Source: Amoebophrya sp. A120
Lineage: Eukaryota; Protista; Dinoflagellata
NCBI GenBank assembly: GCA_905178155.1
Contig: CAJINV010000009.1
Span: forward strand, 3,723,556-3,787,555
Reading direction: 5' to 3'
DNA: 64,000 bases
The notes below the pieces were generated by a model. The model worked only from the letters and a program-made list of their open reading frames with translations, did no database searches and had not been told where the DNA came from. This document shows, in pieces, positions 39,501-52,349 of this stretch. The position numbers and the translations under genes are program-made. Position 1 is the stretch's first letter, and every line of letters begins with the position of its first letter.

Positions 39501-42081
39501 GACGAGGTTGTATGAAAGTGCACAACTCCCCCTCCCCCTCGTTTGTATTGCATGAACAGCAATACAAACGTCAGCAAGAACACAGGTTTTGCATGACAAA
39601 TTTTGACAGAAGTGTAGAAGTGCTACTTCGGCTGCCCGAACTTGTCATGCAGACAGTGCCGAGAGACAAAGGATGAGTTTGGTATTTTGCATGACAAACG
39701 AGGGGGAGGGGGAGTTGTGCACTCTCATAGGTTGCCGTGAAGATCACATTGAATACGACCCTCAATACGGCAGTTTCGACATCGAAAACGTATCAAATGC
39801 AAAAATGTCTGGGTCTGGAAGGATCCGGCGAACTTGTGATGCGCATTTTGGAACACAGAAAAATCTCTCATGCATAGGTAGCAACAGCTGCCCACTTGCT
39901 GTCACCAACATGGGGGATTTCTCATGCGGGCTCGGCATTGCGGAAGCTTCTCGAAACCTGTGATGCTAGAGCTTCCATGCCAAACCTTCTGCGTCATGCA
40001 AAAACAGCATGAATCTTCCAGACCCAGACATTTCTACATTTGATAAAACGGGAGCTGGCACAAGCACCTGTTTAGTCGCAGACAGCACCTCCTCCAGGCT
40101 GCTGCTCAGAACAACAACAACTTCCGCCAACTATACTACGAGCGGAAGTAGTAGACCCGGTAGTGCTCCTACGGGAGGCGGAGGATTATATGGAAAAGCA
40201 ACCGCATATGGAAGCGTCAGGTTTGAAATCGACAAAGTTGAAATGATTTGTCATGCATAAAATGCAAGGCATGAATTGCCTGTCTTGCCGGGATGGCAAA
40301 TGAGGCAGATTGTGAGCCTGTTTAGGGTTTGGGATAGAGCTGCTAAAGGAGCATGACAAAAGCAGTTTTCTGTGCCCAAACAGCATGACAAATTGGATTC
40401 CGGTGCTCCGAAAATTTGTCATGCGCCGCTTGGAAAATCATGGGCTTCCAACTGGTATCCATTTTATGCATGACAAACCATTTAAACTTTGTCGATTTCA
40501 AACCTGACACTTCCATACCGCACAACTCGCAGATCAGTCCAGCACCGACGATGTCTTATTACAATGAAAAATGCCCCCACCCCCGAACTTGAAAGCATTT
40601 GTATTGCAAATCTTTCCAAATGAAACATTCGCCCTCTTGCGTGTATCAGCATCACAGATTTCCGATCGTGAATAGCAAAAATTTGTATTGCAAAATATCC
40701 CAGCAAGAGCGGCGCTTGTCATGCAAGCGATGCGAAACACGACTCGAATCTGCATCAGAAAGATTCGTACTCCTTTCATGCATGACAAAAAGCTTTCATT
40801 TGGAAACTTCGCATCACAAATTCTTGCAATTTCAGGGGTGGGGGGCGTTTTTCAATTTGATATGTCTTGATGGGAATTCTGGACGAAAACAAATCGAACA
40901 AGGAAGTCGATGGCGACGACGTTTTTGTCTTGCAGTTGACAAGCAACGTCCGCGAAGATGATACCGCTCCCTCCTCATCCACGTCGGGTTTTTTAGCAGG
41001 AGGAAGAAATAAGCCACCCACGACATCATCATCGAGCATGGTCAGAGGCAAACCGTCCTCACAGATGAGCCACCTGAATAAAGACGCGATCCGAATTATC
41101 CTGAGTAAAAACTACGTCCCCACCTCGTCCCCAGAGTCAAGATGGGAATTTTGCAACACAGATCCAGAAGCTCTGGCCGTTGTGCTGCATGACAAATTCC
41201 GGTCAGTAGTGTAGTGGTGTTTGGCTAGTGAAGCCGCATCACAAATAAATCTAGCTCCGCATCCTGATCGGAGCATGACAAAGTCCCAGACAGCATGACA
41301 CAATGCTCCGCGACCTCATGGGGCTGCGCATTAGAAACACTTTAAGCATGCAGATTTGCATGACAGCGCTGGGGTGCAGCTGGGGACGTTTTTTCCCCGG
41401 ATCCGAATCCGCTGCTTGAACCGGGAAGAGTTCATTCGCGAAGACGAGGGCGGCGTGTACGTTTTAACACCGCTGGAAACCCGCGCGACTTGCTTTTCGC
41501 TGAAGTCCGTGTTTTCATCTGGTGGTGGAGCGGCTGCGCGAGGTAGCGCAGGTGGTGCGCCAGAACGGGAAGTGGAGGAGGTGTCGATGGACCGGACGAA
41601 GCTGCTGCAGTATCCTTGGTCTTGCAGAAGTATCGTCGTGGTCGTGCAGTCGGGTATGCATGACAAATTCCTGTTTGATGAAATGACATTTGTGATGCAG
41701 TTCTTGCGTGCTACAATACTTTTGCGATGCATATGCAACACTGGCGAGCGAAGGTGCAGAGATTGGAGTCGGTGTTGGCGAAGGAGAAAGTGTATCATAC
41801 AGAAAAAAGCAGGCGCGGCGTAATTTGTAATGCAAAAAATGACTAAACAGGAATGGAAAATCTGTCATGGCCGAGCCCATAGCTAGGTTGCTGCTTCGGA
41901 TACGCAGTGTGGATTTTACTGTGCGGCGCTCACGCTCCTTCTATCCATTTTTGCATTACAAACAAAATAACCTCTGCCTCCTGCTTTATTTTTTCTGCGT
42001 GATGAAATGAAGTGCGCAAAGGCGGAAACTTGGGAACGGAATTTGCGACTGCAGTACAAGAAATTGGCTGGGCCGTCGTGA
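36523..42081 (+). CDS. Hypothetical protein, low-complexity rich, C-terminal coiled coil
   Basis: Frame MEPTVPTSSG...LQYKKLAGPS* after removing 12 introners: 36673-36956, 37255-37559, 37706-37959, 38578-38892, 38940-39054, 39511-39729, 39791-40045, 40207-40517, 40557-40862, 41097-41403, 41611-41733, 41793-42004. The last junction has an alternative reading. Confidence 0.75.
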
Positions 42082-43609
42082 GGCGGAAGTGGGATGCAGA
42101 TGAAGACGGAAAACTGGAAAGGAAGTACTACCATATCCGATACAAAAAAATTCGAGTGTGATGAGCAAGCCAAGATAGATGAAGTTTGAAATTGAATATG
42201 GGTCGCAAGCTTCTTCGTTTATAACGTAGCAAATCTTCCGGCTAGTACGGCGAAAATTTCCAGATACGTCGAAAGCATCCCGCTGTAGCACCCTGCTTCC
42301 CCTGAAGGTACTTAGCTACAGGAACAATGGAAGACTTCACCTGGTGTTTTTTTGAGGAGCCGGTCTGGCGAAGGAATTTGAATTCCCATTCCGCAAACAA
42401 AAGAGCCAAGAATGCAATTGATATGACGTGTCATGTTCTGGAGGTGTCAGAAGGAATAAACCAAGAGGAGGTGGAGCAAGAGTACTTACATGAGACAAAT
42501 GTCTGTGATTTTCATCCTACGTCTTGAAGAAAGTCATTAGCACCAGCAGGACGGCAACTCCATGCTGCACTATCGAGACCGAGAGTTGTTAGAAGACTTA
42601 GAGCATGTGCATGTCTCAAGAACAAGTGTGCGAGACGAGAGAGGTGCTACTTCTGTCGTGACGGAATCATTTCTGTGAATACTTAAATGTCAGAACTGCA
42701 ACAGCAACTGGTTGTGATTGCATCCGTGTCCTCGTAGTACTCATGATCAGTGTAGTTTCAATTCAGTGTGGTCACCTCCTTTGACGTTGTGCCTCTCTTC
42801 AGCGGATTGCTCCTACGATTATAGGAAGAACTCGTCGTGCCCCCGCGCCCGCTCCTGAGTGCACCAATTGCAATTGACGGACGACAACAAATAACGTGCA
42901 CGTAGCTCGTATTTCTCTACGTGGGTCTGGGTCGTGCAGAAAAATAAGTAAAAAAATAAACGAAGCTCCTAGTTGTACAAGTACCTACGAGCTCGAGCTC
43001 CAGTTCATCTCGTTCGCATGCAAACTCCGAAAAATCAATGAAGTCCAGCATCAGCAATTTAATAAACGTGATCGGAAAAACAAAGAACGTAAGGGCGCCA
43101 GACGAATTCGGTCCACTTAGCAGACTTTAGTAGCATCAGCATCTTCTATTTCTACAGAAAAAAAAAATCCGTGTATTCCGTCCAAGAAAATTTCCAAAGT
43201 AGACAACGAAATAGGAGTTCAGTGTCTTTTGCAATTTACCAAGCAAATACTTTCGTTCTCGAATCAACAGCCACCCTCCGTCTTCATCTACCCAACACCT
43301 TCCCCATAGTAACTACTATACGCATACCAATAACATACACGACAACCCAAGAGTAGTTTGCAATTACCCCTGCTCGCGCTTCTTGACATTTTTCGTTGTT
43401 GAATTTTTGTGACAACTCCCCCGTAGTAGACGAGTTTTTGTGTCACTCTGACTCATTGCAGTAAAACTGAGTTCATAACAGCTGAAAAAATTACAGTACA
43501 AATACGGTTCCTCAATCAGTTTTGATAGGTGGAGCAAGTTTGTTTTGGATTATCGTATTTGAGGTTTGATCGTTGAGAAGCAATCACGCGACAAAAAGTA
43601 GACGTCAAA

Positions 43610-46189
43610 ATGTGCCAGCCCAACTCGTCCACTTCGACGATGGTGGCCGAGCCGGAGGGTAGTACTTCCACCGGTACCCGCAGCAGAAGAACATCTTCAG
43701 ACAAAGACTCCGCAGCTGCGGAGATGAAGCCCGCCGCATCTTCACAAATAAAGTCTTCCACTTCCTCAACGGCCCGACTCACTTCTGTGCCAGAGGTACA
43801 AAAGCCGAAAACCAGCAGCGATTTAGTCACGAAACTGTCCGACATCGAGCTGACCGACGAGAAAGCGGAGCGAAACGAGTTTCACTTTCGGTATTTCGGG
43901 CTACTGGACAACTTTCTGATCAAGAATTTCATGAAGGACAAACGGGATTTACCTCTCGTTTACCTCCAGCTCAACATCATGACCTTTTTGGTCCCGTTTG
44001 CAGCGGCGGTGGTGTATTTTAACACCTGGTACCTCGGCCTGATCTACCTCCCGATCCTGTTCGTCGGCTTCTTCGAGCGCTTCATCCTCATGATGCACTT
44101 CTCAAGTCACATATGCAATGTAAATTTCCTGTATATGTACAAAATGCATGACAAATTTCGCTACCTTGCAGAGTCCAACTTGGCATGCTGAACTAGGATT
44201 GAAGGCAAGTTTTGTCATGCAGAGACTGCATTTGTACGTGTACGAGAAATTTACTGTGGATATCACAGGAAACTTTACCACAGCGAGTTTCTGAACAACA
44301 TCACGCTCTACTTCTACGCGCCCCTGTTCGGCACGCCGCCAGGTATTGTTTGATGTTCATTTGATGTACAGTGTTTATGCTTAAATAATACCAGTCGCAT
44401 AACAACAAGAAGATGTATGTGCATCTAGTATGTCTATGTCAAAGATAAAGAAGTTGGAGATAGTATTCCTAGTCCTTTTCGTTTATGCGTGCGCGCATTT
44501 ATTTTTACAAAAATGACCACTCCGGTGCCTCTTCCTGTACAAAAGAACGCATGACCACCACGACAAACTTTATCAGGTATCTACTACCTGCACCACATCA
44601 TAATGCACCACGGGGAAAACAACCACGGGGATGACGTTTCCGAAACCGAGTCCTACCACCGTTCCGAGCGCGGGTTCCGCGGGTTTCTGTTCTACTGGCT
44701 GAGGTTTCTCTGCGGGCTTTCGTTCGAACTTCCGCTCTACGCACTGAAGACAAAAAGGTACGACTGGTTCGCCACCTGCCTGGTGTCGCTCTCCTTCTGG
44801 GGCGCAACGATTTTCGCGCTGGGGAACCTTTTCGGATACACCGGCGTCACTTGCGTGTTGGTGATCCCGCACTTCTTCGGCCTGACTGCCATGGCATTGG
44901 GAAACTACGCTCAACATGTACTGCTTCTAATTGATTTATAAAAAATGTTTCGATTATTCATTCGATTTTTCTTATTTGTTGAAGAAGCCCTCTTTATTGC
45001 CCTCATGCATTTATTTCTCTTCTGTCATTCCCATTCGTACAATAAATGAATTTTTTGTAACGCTTGCATTTGTCATAGTAGTTGAAAATCAAAATAGTCG
45101 CAAAAGAAAATACAAACAGGTTTTCGTCGACCCCCTGTCCCCCGGCAATAACTACACGCTTTCCTACAACTGTCTTAACACGGAAGTGAACCAAACCACG
45201 TTCAACGACGGGTACCATATTATCCACCACATCTACCCGCGGCTGCACTGGACCGAGCTTCCCTCGAAGTTTCGCTCCACACTAGCGCAGCACAAAACGG
45301 AGCGGGCGCTGACGTTCAGGAATACGTATCCTGAGTAAAAACGTACCCACACCAGAGTCAGGATGGGGATTTTGCAACACAAACCTAGGAGTTTTGTGAG
45401 TCACGCATCACAAGCTGCAGTCCGTAGCGTAGTGCAGGTTCGCAAGGCCAGCTGCATCAGAAATCCATCTGCTCATCCTGTTTACAGCATTACAAATTCC
45501 AAAACACGATTGGAAATGGTTCTCATGGGGATGCGCATTACAAGTCTTCCTGTCTTTGCACATCTGCATTACAACTCTGGCGTGGGTACGTTTTTACTGA
45601 GGATAATACGCACTTTATCCCCATCGCGCTCTTGATGCTGACCAACCAGATGGAGAAGTTATGAAATGCAAAAGCATCGTACTAGTATAAATTGCATTAC
45701 AAATTACTTCAGCATTACAAATGAAATTCGTAATGCTGTTTTACCTTAGGAAAGAGATTTGTCATGCATAACAGCAATTACTACGAGTGCGATACTTTTG
45801 CAGTGCATAGAAGTTGGTCCGTGACCACTACGTCTTCATCGACTGGGCAGCGGTACAGAGTGTTATGATTTGATGTCTATCTTTGGTTTTTGTGTAGCTA
45901 AAAAATGAATCACTATCTTCACTTGTGAACTGCATTCTTTACGTCTCAAAAATCTGCATCATCATAATCATGGCCACAAAGTAAGACACAACAGATAAAA
46001 AACCTTTCAAAATTTCATCAACATCCAATATAAAAATCGCATGACAAACTACAACAGGTCAAGCGCGAGGGTGGTGAAGTGCCCATCACATCGCTCGACA
46101 AGGAAGTCGTACCAACAGTCGGGGAAGTCGTGGCGGATTTGGAACGGCGGTTGAGCTACATCCCGCCGTATGATAGGAAGATTCAGTAG
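43610..46189 (+). CDS. Fatty acid desaturase-like membrane protein
   Basis: Histidine boxes HFSSH, HHIIMHH, GYHIIHH. Introners 44112-44262, 45327-45605, 45660-45809; GT-AG introns 44343-44576, 44918-45119, 45853-46057. Confidence 0.88.
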
Positions 46190-48648
46190 ATCTAGCAGAA
46201 AATGACGAGTTTGTCATGCCGGTCTTTCTGGATCACCATCATTATACGACGAGTCATGTTGGCCGCGAGGAACCGAAATAACTCGTGTGCGGGCATGAGC
46301 ACCATCATGGGGCTGTGCAGATCCTGCGCTAGTGGATGTGCTCTTGAAATTGTGATGATGTCATTGCGATTGCGTAAGTAGCGTACGTCACGACCACAGT
46401 TATTTTTATGCCACTGGTACTAGTACTACCCTTCTTATTTGATCGGTGCAGCTAGACTGACTTAAGCTCAGTAACGCTAGCTAGAAACTGGTCTCATCAA
46501 AAATTCAAAGTCAAAACTGGTGCTCTTCTTATGGGAATGTTGAACTGTGGGATGAACAAAACAAACTTAGGCGAGCAGGAGGCTATTAAAAACTTTCAAG
46601 TGATGCTTAGCAAAAATAACAAGCTGGAAGATCATGGGCATCTTGCCTTTCCTTTCGTTCTCCTGCTAGACGACGGAGTGGGAGAAAGATGAATCAGGCC
46701 GAAAATAATATAAAGCCGTAGTTGTCAACTGAATTAGAATTTTGATGGAGTAGCGCTTGAAAGCATGATCGCCCTCACCACCAGCAAGACTCTGCCAGTT
46801 TATTGCTTCCACGTCTCAAGAAGAGAAATAGTGCAAGTACTTTCAATCCGGATTATTTTCAGTATGCAGACAAGTGAAAGTAAAAGTGGGAATGACACAC
46901 GAACACCTTCGTAGTTGACCAAAAAAAAAGAAAGAGATACTGGCAGCTGGGGTAATATCAACAACGATAAAGGAGAAGTGCAGCAAATGTGATTCCTTTG
47001 TGCAGCAATTCAAGAATGCGGGTGGTTTACTTTCAACCCACTCGCGCATTCTACTTATGGTTTGGAACAGTCAGCATAGTATCAAAATAGCTCCCCCCCA
47101 GGATAGAGTACAAAGACGACGGGAAAAATACGGTAAAAATTCGTTGGCTTGTTGTCCTGCTCTCTTTATCTTCAGAGCTCGTCTTGCCAAGAAAACGACA
47201 ATTATGGTCAAGCAGCATAGCTATCATCTTCCGTGCGCAGGAGGCATCGCCTTCGCGACTTGCCCCCCATGATGTCTTCAGACCAAAGAGTAGACGCAGG
47301 TTTGAGCTTGAATATGAAGTCCAAATGATAAAGACACGCTCCTAAAGCGAAGCGCTGTCGAAAAAAAAAATCTTCGGACCCGAAAAAATGTCATGACTTC
47401 TTTCGGACTTTTTTGAAAGAAACTTTATCGCCTTCTGATCAGGGCAAGGACGGAGGATGTTCTTGTGTTCTCGAAAACTGGACGCAGTAGGCGAGCAGAT
47501 GTCGTGGGAAAGAGCATTGTTTTTGTTTGTGAGCTGCTTCTTGTGCATGTTCTCATCCTCCATGATGAGAAAAAAAAAAACATCAAAATTGCGCGCGTCG
47601 TCTTGTTCAGATTTATTGTTTTCTTTCACGATGGACCGACATGACCGAGAAAGATTTTCGACGAAGAGGATTGTTGCACGACATCAAAACTTTTGCATCG
47701 AGGAGCATGTTCATCATTACTACTTGGGAAACGACCTACAGTGCCGGTGATGATCTTGTTGTACGAAGGAATTCCATGTCAAGATCTTGAGTTGTATTCA
47801 ACATTGACTTGTAGTCGTTTCGGTTCATTGGATTAGAAGTAGATGGTGTCGTCGAAGAGTTTCAATTATAATTGGAAGACGTTGATGGCTCTGTCTCTCG
47901 ATTCGCCAATGATATGTCCTTGAAAATGAAGATCTTCTTCACGTTCAAAATTTAGTACTTTGCTTAGCGGTCCTGGTCCTCTTGTCGGCGTATCAGATGA
48001 AGTGTTGCGCTGAAACAGAAACACCATGCTATTGCTCAATGCAGATGAAAGACAAAGATCAAGATGAAAATGCTCCGCAAGCGAACGATGTCAGCACTTT
48101 CACCGAAAGGAGATTAAACTAGATCTTCATCTTCAAAGCAAACACAATAAAATTAAAAACAAAAAGCAATATAACTCATTCCCCGAGTGATCCAAGTCTT
48201 CAAGAAAAGCTGCTGAAGATCCAAGTATAAAAATAGAGAAGTCCTCAGAGCCGGAGGCATTTGGAGAGACTCCTCATGATCCCGCGCCTTGCCGCCGCCG
48301 CGTGATTAGCTTCACTGCGGCTACCTCGTGTTTTCTTTTTCGCTGCACCAGAGTTATCTTCACTTGATTGCAAGTCCAACTTCCGCTTTAAGTAGTATCC
48401 ACCTGGAACATAGTTAAATCCAAAAAGTTCATCTATAACGCTTAGTGTAGAATTGCAAGAGTGTATCAAAGCCAGAATCGCGTAGACTTGCTTCACCTTG
48501 AATTCTCGGTAACAGAAGTAATAAACAAGATTTGGCTCCTCTACTACCTACTTGTGACTTAACATCGATCGCGATCTTTTTCTCGTCCTGCAGCTTTCAA
48601 GTTTACAGCATTCAACTCTCTTCTACCCACTCTCATCTCAGACACAGC

Positions 48649-50774
48649 ATGTCCAACATGTCCGCACAGAACAACAGCAACCGAAGTGCTGCTATGCCGC
48701 GCGGAGGTTTACCGCGTGTTCTTTCTTTCCTTGCTCTCGGATCCGTTTTCTTTGGGGGATATGAAGTGCAGGGCCGCAGCCAGTCGTCTCCGCAATGTTG
48801 TAACCCGGTCCCGCTCTTGCGGAAAGTGTTATCGTCCGGAGCAGGCCGCAATCGTACTAGACGCAGCCGCAGTGTGGCCTCGACGGTGGATCCGGACGAG
48901 GCATATTGGGGTCCTACTGGCGGTGTTGATGTGTCCTCCCTGCAGCTGCCCAACGAAATCTGGCCGCAAGTTGCTTCTTTCCAAAGAGATGCCTTTGCCC
49001 TGCACAAGATTTTTGACGCTTTGCTTCCGGGCGGGTCGCAGATAGTAGATATGGCGGAGTTCCTCGAGGCACGCTGGCAAGAATTCTACGAGAACCTTCG
49101 GGGCCGACAATCGCAACAAGAATTTGCTTAGGCGTTGCAAATATGTCTGAGTCTGGAAACTTGTTGTGATGCTAAAAGTGCATGATACCGCACTTCTGCA
49201 ACACGCAGCTATGCATGACAAATTTTTTGGCTGCCATGTCTTACGTTGTATTCCACATGGAAAACTGCGCTTTTGCATGACAGGCAAGTGGGCTTTTTCG
49301 TGCCTATGCAGCACAGATTCTCGAGTCATGCCACACAAGCATGACAAACTCGGATTCTTCCAGACCCAGACAGTTTTGCATTTGATATGGCTTTGGCGAC
49401 TACAAGTAGAACTATTCATCAGCTCATGGTCATGGGCAATCCGTATGTTGGTCTGGCTGCGCAGTTGGCGTGTTATGGCTCCATATGCGAGGTAAAAGTA
49501 TCGGACGAATAAAAGGAGGAGGAATCGCATCACATCACTCACGATAGATTTACATTTATATTTATTTAGTGTGCTCAGCATGAGGAATCAATATCAAATT
49601 CGTAGTCGCGGATTTCGCTCAAGTAGAAAGAGATTTGCATTTGCAGTGCATGATTCAACTTAAGTAACTGGTGCGAGGAGAAGTAGTAGTAGTACGAGCA
49701 CGATGCTTTTGCAGTGCATAAGCCAATGGCGCTAATGATTGCCGGAACCCCCCGAACCATGCGGACGACGTGCTTGCAGCCGTCGCGCGCCAGGGCCTAC
49801 ACGAAGAAGGAGGACCAGCGACTCCCCCTGGTTCGTTCCTGCACTTTTTAAAACTTGTCGACGGGGCTCTGAGAAGACCGGAATTGCGGCATTCCCGTAC
49901 GGATAGGCAAGACGAGCAAGTCTCCCGGTTGCATATTCACTACGCTTTGGCGGCGCCGCCCTCTGGTTCTGGTTCTCCCCACGTTGATGTCGGTGCCCTT
50001 CCTCCATGGAGCCCGATACCACCACCGGCCTTTGCTCCTGGAAGCAGCGCTGCGATGGTCCGGATTCAGTTTCCGACGCAACCACGTGTCGCTGCGGTCG
50101 GCAGCGTAGCAGTTGACTGCCGTTACGTGATATGCACTGTCAATATCGATCTGGGTCATCTTCGGGAACTACCGTGCAAGGTTTATTGTCATCGTACATG
50201 TGATGTCGCATAGTTGTTACCACCACCACCTCCCAGAAGGCTTGGAATTATGCGAGCTCTAGAGCAGTCACAAGGTCTGCGAAGGCTCGTGGTTTCGGCT
50301 TATTCTTGCGCATGAGAAATGCTTTCTTTCGGCAGCCAAAAGCGTGCAATTTTGCTACTGCTCATGCAATACAGGTTTCTGTGTCGATCAGACATAGCAG
50401 GACAAACTCGGTTTTATCTTCTAGACCTAGATCGATATTTGCATATGATGCGTGACCCTTTCCGAGGACGACCTTCGGCAACTGGGAGTCCCTATTGATG
50501 GGAGCGCTAGGGCCCCGAGCAGGGTGGAAACTGATGAACTCTTGCTGGAATACACAGCAACATTGTCCAATGACCTTGTCTATCCTGTGCAAAAGCGATA
50601 TCGTACTCGTACTGTCTGAGACATTTATGCATTACAAATCTCCGACTTCTTAAGCTCAAACACCATATGCGAATTCCAAATTCCATAACTTTTTCTGCTG
50701 ATTCTGAATAAAGAATTTGTCATGCGATTTGTACTAGTACGACTACGATAGCATTGCAATTCATATCGTCGTAA
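48649..50774 (+). CDS. Hypothetical lineage-specific protein with N-terminal hydrophobic segment
   Basis: MSNMSAQNN...RVLSFLALGSVFFGG; frame continues through introners 49129-49387, 49484-49720, 50131-50450, 50581-50765 to a TAA. Confidence 0.7.
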
Positions 50775-51413
50775 CTGCCATAGTGTTCCGACAGCAAGTC
50801 CGCATTCCGGGATTTTTTTACCGTCTGCAGCTCAAGACTAAGCCAGTTGTGAAAGAGGCAACTGCAGCATGAAGATACTTATTCCGCACTCCTTCGCATT
50901 GAGGTGCAATAAGCTGCAAGCGGACAAAAGAATAAAGAGCCCCCGTGCGTCGTCAACATCAAATAAATATCGCACTGCTTGCGCAACATATTTTTTTCTG
51001 CACTTGCACAACGAATCCTACTTGGCGAGTTCTTTCGCTCCTGAAGGTCTCCTCATGTAAAATCAGAATTGTATACGTGTCAGTGTCTGTCTGCAGTGCG
51101 ACGTGCACCTGCTCGTCCCCTGAAGTGTATAATACCGTAAGTACTTCGGTTCAGAAGCTTTTACATAGCTTCTGAGCCGGAGCAGGGGATACTTACAAAG
51201 TAGTTGCGTTTTGGAAAATTTTACTACGTATTTCGCAGTACTTACAGGACATCTCAACCATCATGAAGATGTGGGTGGCTTGTCGACACGTCGGCCACGA
51301 CCCTATTGATTTTCTGGAGTAATGGTTCAGTAGAGAAGGATTCCTCCTACTGAAGAGTGACGGCGCACACGTAAGTATATACGATTCCTCCACCATTGCC
51401 TCCTAGTAACTTT

Positions 51414-51556
51414 TTTTTGGAAATGTTTTGGAAACAGCAGACATGATCATCATTTTTGTTTTGGAAAGATGTACTTGTTTTGGAAAGATCTACTTGCTTT
51501 GGAAATGTTTTGGAAAGATCTACTTGTTTTGGAAACAGCAGACATGATCATCATCA
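51414..51556. repeat. Imperfect tandem repeat of TTTTGGAAA-based units
   Basis: About eight TTTGGAAA units, GGAAAGAT(G/C)TACTTG three times, GGAAACAGCAGACATGATCATCAT twice. Confidence 0.8.
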
Positions 51557-51620
51557 TATGACCATTCAAAGTAAATGGCTTGAAGCTGTTCTACTCGGAG
51601 AAGCTTCCAAGTAAATGACT

Positions 51621-52349
51621 TGTTATAGAAAGTCCGTGCTCGTTGTTCTTCGTCGTTGTTCGTCGTCGTCGATGAGAACGGATACTACTTGAAAATAAAC
51701 CAAAAACCGTGGGGGCGAGGGGCCTCGAGAGGGTCCCTCGATGCTGCAGGGGGCCCCAGCGAGCCTCGTCCCTTTAGGAACAAACGACATCGGTCCAGAG
51801 TACAAACAAAATAATGACGTCGTCCCTCTCACTGACAGCGCCGCCGCAGCACAGGTAACCGCGTAGCCTCGTCGTGGAGTTAGATAGAAGGCCTCGGATA
51901 GCAATAACTATAGTAAGAGTAAAAAAGAAAGTAGAGAAACCGGGCCAATAAATAGAGAGATAGCGCATAGATTAGCTTATACACTCCACCCGCGCCCGCC
52001 GTGGTCGTGGCCTTCGTGCTGTGATCGAGCGACGCGGACGCGACAAGGGCCTGTGTTTTTCTTAGGGACGAGGGCGCAGGACATTTCAGCGAGAGGAGCC
52101 CGCGGGCTTGTCCTTATCGATCTTTGGTCGTTCCCTTGGTTATTCCTTTGATTCCACCCATGCTATCTTTCTTTGTGCATCAGCACAGCCAGCGTGCTCG
52201 AGAACAGCGCCCCTCTTAACGACGTCGGATGTGGACGCGCCTACACGCGCGACAGAAGGACTTCCGCCAACGACGGGGGAGGGTCAACCGAGGATCGACG
52301 ACGGGGGAGCTTTCTGTGCTACGTCGGAGCGGGCGACGTTTTTATAATA
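51621..52349. mobile_element. Possible degenerate solo LTR
   Basis: Begins TGTTATAGAAA and ends TTTTTATAATA (9 of 11 inverted match); no ORF and no target duplication seen. Confidence 0.3.
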
